A stretch of DNA of 63,160 bases, filler included, from Octopus bimaculoides (lineage: Eukaryota): assembly GCF_001194135.2 (NCBI RefSeq). It is 5 parts of 5 records of this genome, joined end to end, with 100 filler letters (N's around TTAATTAATTAA, not from the genome) between each part and the next. Parts side by side here need not be neighbours in the genome. Positions count along the whole stretch, not along the records: positions 47,383 to 55,723 come from NC_068986.1; positions 55,824 to 61,721 come from NC_068998.1; positions 61,822 to 63,160 come from NW_026428508.1; 2 more parts are not named here. One strand, given 5' to 3'. The notes under the pieces were generated by a model. That model was not told the DNA's origin. It worked only from the letters and a program-made list of their open reading frames with translations, and did not search any database. Both the position numbers and the translations under genes were made by a program. Positions 53,786-63,160 of this stretch are shown here, one piece after another; position 1 is the first letter of the stretch; every line of letters begins with the position of its first letter.

Positions 53786-55232
53786 TGTGTGTGAGTGTGT
53801 GTGAGAGTGAGTGTGCCAGTGCACATGTTTGTGTGCGTGTGCGTGTATGTGTGTGTGCGTGTATGTGTGTGTGCGTGTATGTGTGTGTGCGTGTATGTGT
53901 GTGTGCNNNNNNNNNNGCGTGTATGTGTGTGTGCGTGTATGTGTGTGTGCGTGTATGTGTGTGTGCGTGTATGTGTGTGTGCGTGAGTGTGCGTGAGTGT
54001 GAATGAGCGAATGGGTGTGAATGTATGTGTGTGCCTGTGTGTGCGTACGTGAGTATAGGTGTGCGTGTTGCGCGTGTCCTTCAGTACGTGTGCATGGGTG
54101 TATGAATGTGAAGTGTGTACTTGCATACGTGCGCATGCGTGTGTGCGTATGTGTATATCTGTGCGTGTCTATATGTATGTGAGTGTGTGCACGCGTATTA
54201 GCTGTAAATAGATGCATATGTATATGTGCATGTGAATGAGCATGCGTGCGTGCGTGCATGCGCACGGGTTCGTGTATGTGTGTTTAATTGTAAAAATTGC
54301 TGGAAAGAATAAGACAGTCAGTCTCATCATTGATATTATTTCACATCTGCAAGAGCGACAGATTAGCAAAAATCGTCCAAGTGTCGAAAAAAATGTCTAG
54401 CGATATTACTTCGGGCCTTTTACATCTGGTTTTCGAATCCTTCCCCAGGAAACATTTTGTCTTTAATTCACCCGAGGTGGATAAAATGTAGTACCAGTAA
54501 CACCTTTCTCCCAATTTTCAGTCGTTGTTCCTATGTTAGAAACAATTATTATGGATCTACGCTTTGAGATGTGTTAACATCTCTCTAAAGGGTTTCTGTT
54601 CCCAAAACTGGATTATTGTCACAAATGGGTGGATATAGTTTATTATTTGTGTGTTTATGGGGGAAGGGACGCTTAAACTTTAATTTTATCATCATATTTT
54701 TATGTTGTGTGGAAAGAATGCTTGATTTCGAATTTAGCTCTTTGTCCGTTAGACCCCGATAATAGGGATAGCACCCGTATTACTGAGGAGAGTGAAAGAT
54801 GCAGTCATACAAAATTTCGGATTTGGAAATTTTGTACAAATACAGAACAGACGTAGGCGTGACAGTGTGGTAAGAAGTTTGCTTCTCAACCACAGAGTTC
54901 CAGGTTCAATCCCACTGCGTGGTACCTTGNNNNNNNNNNNNNNNNNNNNNNNNNNNNNNNNNNNNNNNNNNNNNNNNNNNNNNNNNNNNNNNNNNNNNNN
55001 NNNNNNNNNNNNNNNNNNNNNNNNNNNNNNNNNNNNNNNNNNNNNNNNNNNNNNNNNNNNNNNNNNNNNNNNNNNNNNNNNNNNNNNNNNNNNNNNNNNN
55101 NNNNNNNNNNNNNNNNNNNNNNNNNNNNNNNNNNNNNNNNNNNNNNNNNNNNNNNNNNNNNNNNNNNNNNNNNNNNNNNNNNNNNNNNNNNNNNNNNNNN
55201 NNNNNNNNNNNNNNNNNNNNNNNNNNNNNNNN

Positions 55233-55264
<32 letters not shown>

Positions 55265-55470
55265 CTTATGCGCTTCTAATTATTTTTTTATGTGTGTGAA
55301 TGTGTCTAGGTGTGTGTGTATATGTATGTGTGAGTGTGTTGCTGTGCCAGGGTCTATACAAGAGGATTATATATGTGTGTGTGTGTGCATGTGTGTGTTT
55401 GTGTGTGTGAAAGTGTATGCGTATTACCATGCGTAATAAAATTCAATAGGCTACATATTTTCATATATAA

Positions 55471-55652
55471 AAGTGTATAGTATTTATACACAAAGAGGCG
55501 ACCCTTTACAGGACTCCTTACATGCTAGAGAGGGCAGCCAAACCGAAACCATGAAAAAAAGTAATTCCAGAGAGAATTGTTGTTGCTGCCCACTCTAGCG
55601 TGTAAGGTGTTCTGTAAAGGGTCACATCTTTCTGTATAAATACTATACACTT
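55471..55652. mobile_element. MITE with about 68-bp TIRs in a TA-rich site
   Basis: aagtgtatagtatttataca.aaaga.g.gaccctttacag.ac.ccttaca.gctagag.gggcagc is mirrored at the right end. Confidence 0.8.
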
Positions 55653-55823
55653 ATATATATATATATATATATATACTTACATGGAAATGGATGCGTGGCA
55701 TTCAATTAAATAATAATACAAATNNNNNNNNNNNNNNNNNNNNNNNNNNNNNNNNNNNNNNNNNNNNTTAATTAATTAANNNNNNNNNNNNNNNNNNNNN
55801 NNNNNNNNNNNNNNNNNNNNNNN

Positions 55824-55891
<68 letters not shown>

Positions 55892-56758
55892 TATATACTT
55901 TGGTGGTGTTGTGTTACGTAATAACGCTCCCTATGTTGAAACCGATGACGTTATTTCTCTCTTGACTGTCATCCTACAACGTAAGAAAAGGTATAAACAC
56001 TGAAGGAAATCTGGAAGATCAACAATCTGTGATGTTCTAATGCATGTATATATATATATATATATAAGCGTATGTGTATGCGCGGTATATGTCGGTGTCT
56101 GTATATGTGTGTGTGTGTGTAATCATCAGCACAGAGCTACTTTCATCTTGATGAGCAACTAATGACCTGAAAAGACTCATGTATCCCCGCGTCCGATCGT
56201 TGCTTCTCTGAAACATGGTATTTAATCCATAGCTGGCAACCTGTCAGATACCACCATTCCAGATTTCCGATAACCTGGGGAAAATAGGGACTCATGTGTC
56301 ATTCCACAATCAACAAAATACTCAAATTCCAGAACATGGGTATTATTACAGGATGATGTTTAATCATATCAGAACACTTCTATACCGTATCTGCATATNN
56401 NNNNNNNNNNNNNNNNNNNNNNNNNNNNNNNNNNNNNNNNNNNNNNNNNNNNNNNNNNNNNNNNNNNNNNNNNNNNNNNNNNNNNNNNNNNNNNNNNNNN
56501 NNNNNNNNNNNNNNNNNNNNNNNNNNNNNNNNNNNNNNNNNNNNNNNNNNNNNNNNNNNNNNNNNNNNNNNNNNNNNNNNNNNNNNNNNNNNNNNNNNNN
56601 NNNNNNNNNNNNNNNNNNNNNNNNNNNNNNNNNNNNNNNNNNNNNNNNNNNNNNNNNNNNNNNNNNNNNNNNNNNNNNNNNNNNNNNNNNNNNNNNNNNN
56701 NNNNNNNNNNNNNNNNNNNNNNNNNNNNNNNNNNNNNNNNNNNNNNNNNNNNNNNNNN

Positions 56759-56795
<37 letters not shown>

Positions 56796-59700
56796 ATATG
56801 TGTGTGTGTGTATGTGTATAATTCTCATTTCCGTTCTTTAATCTCTTTAAGGCATTACACATCACATATCATTGTACTTTGGTCGTTTTTCTAAACAATA
56901 AATACTCCACTTAGAACGAAATAACAGATAGAATGTGCAACACCATGGGGGATGGTGAGCATTTAATTTTGTGGTAAATGTGCGCACACAATCAATTTAT
57001 ATGATTTCTACTCACAGAAATTAAATTACTTGAACGATACACCTACAGAGATAAATATTTAATACTCTCTGTTTAATGTTTCTACTAATTCTGTTTTTAG
57101 CTGTTATTTATTCATGGCTCATAGTATCATATATGGCTCTAGTTATTGTACTATGTTTGTTAGATTATAGTTTACGTTACGATAATGTTATTTTGTTTAA
57201 TGTAGAATTTACGGCTCACAATGAAACGTACAATAATTTCTCCTTTTCTTAATATTATTCATTCTGCTTGTATGACACCATTTTCATCTGGGTGAATATT
57301 TCGAATGTTACATTTAGAACGATTTAAAAATCAGAAAAATTGATATAGTAAAAGTCGATGAAATCTCACGAAGTTATTTTAACCCAAAGTTACAGCATAC
57401 TGTGTAGAACATTAGAAGATATCCTCAATGTCACGTGTAGAATTGTAGACATGTGTAGTAAAGCTGACCCTTTGCAATATTGGCAATTCAGTTTCATGAC
57501 CCATCTCATTGAATAACGTCGTCAAAATAATACACATATGTACTTGTTGTGGCATAATATAAACTTATATATGTGCGAGCATTAAAGTTGTAACAGCAGT
57601 TGCGAATAGTGCCTGGCTCCTAACCTGTAAATGGCAGAAAAGTTTGGTTATTCAAAGTTTTATATCGACAAACATTTAATATGAATTAGGTAAGCTATTT
57701 TACTTGGCTACTGCTGGGACTTCTATTAATATTCAATTGGAATATAGTTTTAGGGTGCTGTGAGCATAAAATAAATTGGTAATGCCCGCATATAATTCTA
57801 TATATTATTTATGAGGATATATCAAAGTAGATTCCTTGATCAAACCGCAGTGTATGTTACATATTTTATCGCATAAGTTGTGCTCAGAGATACTTTCACT
57901 TGACTTAGAAAGCGGTTTTGTTTGGATTCCTGTTCTTTCTGGAACGTATCTGACATAGTCTGTTTATCTTGTGTTTTTATGTCTTTCACTATCTGACGTA
58001 GGTCCAGGTTTAGGAGAATGGTTGTTAGATTCAGTTTACATTCGCTGATGCTACTAATGTTGATATAGAATAACCGAACCATACCGTGTCTTACAACAGT
58101 TTCTCTTTCTATGAGGAATTACCGAGCCTGCTGTCATGGATTCTTTGTTCATTCGGAAGAAAGTACTTATTCTTCAAAATTTTCCTTTCGTGTGCTTTCT
58201 CGTTATAATTAGCAATGTCATGGAACATTTTTCGATAGAATTTTATTCGCAATGTCTAGGTAATGCTATCACAATTATATCATATTATTAAAATGAATCA
58301 TATTATTAAAATACATTGAAATTATTACTGCAGGGAATAATGCTAGCGTATCCATAATATAAGATTGCACCTCATTCTTACAACCGTACTTCCTATGCAT
58401 ATTGCAATATTCTGTGCATAACGGAAGTTAAACTATCCATGATATTATTGTAACTACACGGTTTCCTAATTCAAATTTGTAAAATGCCCTTTCATGGAAA
58501 CAAACATTTAAAGTTCTGGTGTAGAATTTACATTGAAACAAATATGGAATATATATTACATATATGACGCATGTATTTTACTGTGAATACTTCTATTTCA
58601 GTTAAGATGTTATAATATGCGACACACGTTGTAATACACCTGTTTCAATATTTTCATTTGGTCTATTGCTATTAAATAATACGGAAATTACACTGTAATG
58701 CTGCTGAAAAACAATATATTTTATGTTGCGAAGACTTTGCATTATTATGTTTTATTGTTATGCTACTGATATTGTAGCCATATTACAAAAGTTTACCATA
58801 CTGTTTCCCTGATAACAAAAATCCAGCTGCCTTTACATACAGAAATGTTTCAACTGTAGTATAGTGAATAAAAAAAAATATCTTTCAAATCGTTGTAGTT
58901 GTAGTCAAAACAACATTCTTTCTTTCTTTCGTTGCTGGATTACGGTGGAAAATTAATGATTGTTTATATTCTTATAATGAAACAATTCCTTTGAAATCGT
59001 TAATCCCTCAGCAGCCCATTCTTTCAGGCAAATAAAGCTGAAGTAATGCAAGCTACTTACCACGCGCTTCTGATAATGTTTCACTTCGTACCGTTGTAAA
59101 AAAAAATATGGATACTTTCTCGAAACATTACTGGAAGGTAAAAATATGAATGAAAATTATACATTCGTGTATTCTTCTCTTTATATTTTTAGATCAACTC
59201 TACTCGGGAATCAGAATCGCTTTTCAAGTGAATCAGAGTTATAGGTAGCATAAACCAGAGTCAATACTCATGTAATTAAGATCAAAATCCCTTTTAATCA
59301 CGTAGTTCCACAACTAGAAAGAAAGAAAATTTAACATCACTGTCAGATATAATATTATCCAGATATTAGACCTTCGGAGATCTTTAAACAACGATAGAAA
59401 AATTAAACCATTTTATAGTCATAATGGGCAAAAATAAATGTATATTTATTTATATTTACTTGAATGTTGCCTTACATAATTTGTATTGCTTTTTCTCTAT
59501 AGAGAAATATATATATGAGTAACACACCGATATCCCGGTTAAGACCGTGAGAGAACTGCTAGCGGAAATATTTCCTTAATCAGTGCTAGTTTGAAACACA
59601 CGGCGTCTATATTTAATTGTAGGAGATATAATATATTAGTCAAATTTGTTCTCTATATTCAACCACAGGGAGAATGAGCAAGAAAATATACAAAATTTTG

Positions 59701-59849
59701 GATAATTCTATATCTTGAGATTTCATGCTCTGCAAAAAATAGGCCATTGATATAATCATTTTTTCTTATTATATCCTTATCTTATAAGTATAAAGAATTT
59801 TAAAGTTCTCTAGTCAGGATGTTATAATGCGGAACGGCATTTAGCCCGT

Positions 59850-60270
59850 ATGATTCCTGACATTAACCTCATGGTCGAGATGGGCTTGAAGATGGAATGT
59901 ATACGCGGGAAATGCATGTATGTATTGGTATCTACGAAGGATGTATCGGTGGGGACTTGCATTTCTCGTTTATATATTATTGGTATATTTCTAGCCATGA
60001 GTGCAGAGCAATTCTTTTTATCTGTGCACACCTTTGAATGCAGTATATGCCAGGAGCTTTGCAAATCCATCGGAGGCCTCAAAAGAAATATTTCGATCCA
60101 CAAAGAGCAGAACTTATCTGTAGCTCTTGGTGGTCCAAATCGGAGGCGCAATCTATGTGGGTGTCTTTTCAGAACATTCTCTGGTTTAAAAAGTCACATA
60201 AGATGCCATGGTGGTGCTAAGGTGTAGGTACATAAGATGGTCAAACTCTGCATAAGGAGTAGACAACCAC
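59850..60270 (+). pseudogene. Two degenerate C2H2 zinc-finger-like motifs; probably a LINE 3' end or a ZNF relic
   Basis: FECSICQELCKSIGGLKRNISIH and RNLCGCLFRTFSGLKSHIRCH. Each lacks one zinc ligand. A (TA/TATG) tract follows. Confidence 0.4.
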
Positions 60271-60350
60271 CATGTATGTATATATATGTCTATATATGTA
60301 TATATGTAAATGTATATATGTATATATATGTACATCAGTATACACACATA

Positions 60351-60431
<81 letters not shown>

Positions 60432-60453
60432 GAGAATATACAAAAAATAACAA

Positions 60454-60491
<38 letters not shown>

Positions 60492-61684
60492 AAATAGTAA
60501 ATGAGTATGTGCATATATACGTACAGGTATGTGCATACCGACATCCACCTGTATGTATAGGTGCATATCTGGGTACAGGACATTGCAAACAAACGTAGAC
60601 GAGAACACACGAGCCACATAGAGAACATTCTCCTTCATCAGCCACCCCTTTATGTGCATACAAACACACATACATACATGCATACACACACACATATATA
60701 CGTATACATATTACCTCTGTTAATTACCTATATTGATTACCTATAACACATATTTAATATATTATTTTCTCTAAATTATTGAGCTCTATTATAAACCATT
60801 TAATCTTTCAAGTTTGTATCGATGATTCTGGTGTGTTACAGCACTGCAAAAGATAGAATGATGGACGCCATTGCTGAGTGAGGGATATAAATGGGATTTT
60901 AACTGTTCATTTGATCATTTATCATTTATTCTCAGACGAAAACTCTAAAAATATAGTTTGAATGTAAACACGAAGGCTAGACAGTCCAGGATTATCTATT
61001 TGTTTACCATTGTCTGTCTGTCTTACTATCTCCAGTCTGGTCTGCGTGTATGTCGTGTAAGTTCATACGCGCGCATACACGTACACTCACGCAAATTCAA
61101 GCATACACACATATATAAAGGTGATCGGTCAGAATATATACGACTATTAATTAATGTAACGCCACGAACCTTTTCCTTCAGTGGATTCTAGTTTGTGCGA
61201 CAACGTCTCCTTATTAGTCTTTCTTTTATTCTTAATTACCATACCTCTCTATTTCTTTTTCACTTAAGCATCTCTCGGTCTTCTTCCTTTTCTTGTATCC
61301 CGTACTCTTTCCTCTTCACTTCCTATGTTTCCCTCAATCTATCCTACTATCTTTATCTACATTTCCATCTCCCTATCAACCCTCTCTTTGCTTAATTTTC
61401 TATATATTCTCCTCTATCTCTCGTGTGAACTATTAACTATCTTTGTCCGTTTTTGTGTTCACACTCACGTTTTTCTTCGTATCTGTTTTCCCCTTACTTT
61501 CTATCTTTGTTTTTTTCGTTTCATCCACTCTTAGTCTTTCTTCTTTCTATATGACACTTTTCTCTCTCTCACCCTCTGCCATTCTCTCTATCGATTATTA
61601 CTCTTTCTTTCTTCCTCTCACATCCTGAAGATGAAAAGATTATGTATGTATGTATGTATGTATGTATGTATGTATGTATGTATG

Positions 61685-61721
<37 letters not shown>

Positions 61722-61821
61722 NNNNNNNNNNNNNNNNNNNNNNNNNNNNNNNNNNNNNNNNNNNNTTAATTAATTAANNNNNNNNNNNNNNNNNNNNNNN
61801 NNNNNNNNNNNNNNNNNNNNN

Positions 61822-63160
61822 TATGGAGTGAGTGTATATGGAGTTAGTGAATACATATGGATTGAGTGCATACAGAGTGATTGCACAAGTGTGTGAGTGC
61901 ATATGTACTGCATGCATACAGAATAGGCAAGTGCATATAGAGTGAGTGTGTATGAAGTATATGAGTGCATATGGAGTGAGTGTGTATGGAATAAGTGAGG
62001 GTGTATGGAGTGAGTGAGTGTGTGTTGGGTGTGTGAATGCATATGGAGTGAATGCATATGAAGTAACCGAGTGCATATTGAATGAGTGAGTGCATATGCA
62101 TGAGTGTGTAGTGAGTGAGTGGGCGTATATGGAGTAAGATTGTATGGAGTGAGTGTGTATGAAGTGAGTGACTACCTATGGAGTGATTGCATATGGAGTG
62201 AGTGAGTAGGTATGGAGTGAGAGTGTAAGGAAGGATATAGTGCCTATGTCATGATTGTGTATGGAGTGAGTGATTGGTTATGAAATGCATGAATGCATAT
62301 GGAGTGAATATGTATGGAGTTGTGCATGGATTTAGTGTGTATTGAGTGAGTGTGTATGGAGTGAGTGAGTCCATATGGATTGTGTGTGTATGGAGTGAGT
62401 ACATATGCAGTTAGTATTAATGGGTAATGGGGTCAGTGAGTGCATAGAGTATGTGCACATGGAGTAAGTGAGTAAGTACTGATTAAGTGAGTATGGAGTG
62501 AGAGAGTGTGCATGGCATGAGTGTGTATGGAGTGATTGAGTGCATGTGGAGTGAGTGTGTATGGAGTGAATGAGTCCATATAGAGTGAGTGCGTACGGTG
62601 TGAGTGAATACATATGGAGTAAGTGCATATGGAATAAGTGTGTGCAAATGGAGTGAGAGCATATAGAGTGAATGCGTATGGAGTGAGTTTCTGTAGAGTG
62701 GGTGAGTGTATTTGGAGTGAGTGTGTATCAAGTGAGTATAGAGTGAGTGCATATGGAATGGGTGAGCATGTATGGTGTGAGTATGTATGGAGTGAGTGCA
62801 CATGTTGTGAATGCATATGGAGTGAGTGTGTATGGAGTGAGTGAGTACATATGGAGTGAATGTGTATGAAATTTGTGTGTATGGAGTGTGTTTCTATGGA
62901 GTTAGTGTGTATGAAGTGAGTAAGTGCATATGGAGTGAGTGTGTATGAAATAAGTGAGTACATATGGAATAAGTGCATATGCAGTGATTGAATGCACATG
63001 ATGTAAGTGTGTATGGACTGAGTGAGTGCCTATAGAGTGAGTGTGTGCACATGGAGTGAGTGAGTGTGTGCACATGGAGTGAGTGAGTGTGTATGGACTG
63101 AGTGGATATGGAGTGAGTGAGTGTTTATGGAGTGAGTGAGTGTTTATGGAGTGAGTGAGT
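61822..63160 (+). repeat. Degenerate G/T-rich minisatellite, unit about 15 bp (ATGGAGTGAGTGTGT)
   Basis: Dozens of variant units run to the end of the window. Confidence 0.9.

Overview
AT-rich, microsatellite-saturated eukaryotic DNA. The SINE and MITE repertoire looks like an Octopus genome, which is an inference from recalled repeat families. Four 100-bp N44-TTAATTAATTAA-N44 linkers split the window into five scaffold blocks (1-23708, 23809-47282, 47383-55723, 55824-61721, 61822-63160), so adjacency across those joins means nothing. Block 1 is CpG-depleted and A/C-skewed on the plus strand. It carries several short minus-strand candidate exons, three of them phase-compatible (18.6-16.9 kb), suggesting an unidentified gene transcribed leftward from about 23 kb through TE-filled introns. 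No intact long ORF is present. Decayed transposons are abundant: maT (DD37D), mariner, Tigger/pogo, rosa-like, Chapaev3-like, two Penelope-like elements, two CR1/L2-group LINEs, two RLE-type LINE families, four SINE families and several MITEs. The best leads are an RLE-LINE family sitting in (TATG)n/(CATA)n microsatellites, a Dong/R4-like nest in (TAA)n, a hammerhead-ribozyme-like fold upstream of a Penelope-like element, two long hairpins at candidate exons (possible ADAR or splicing structures), a four-copy head-to-tail SINE stack, and SINE/LINE tail sharing.
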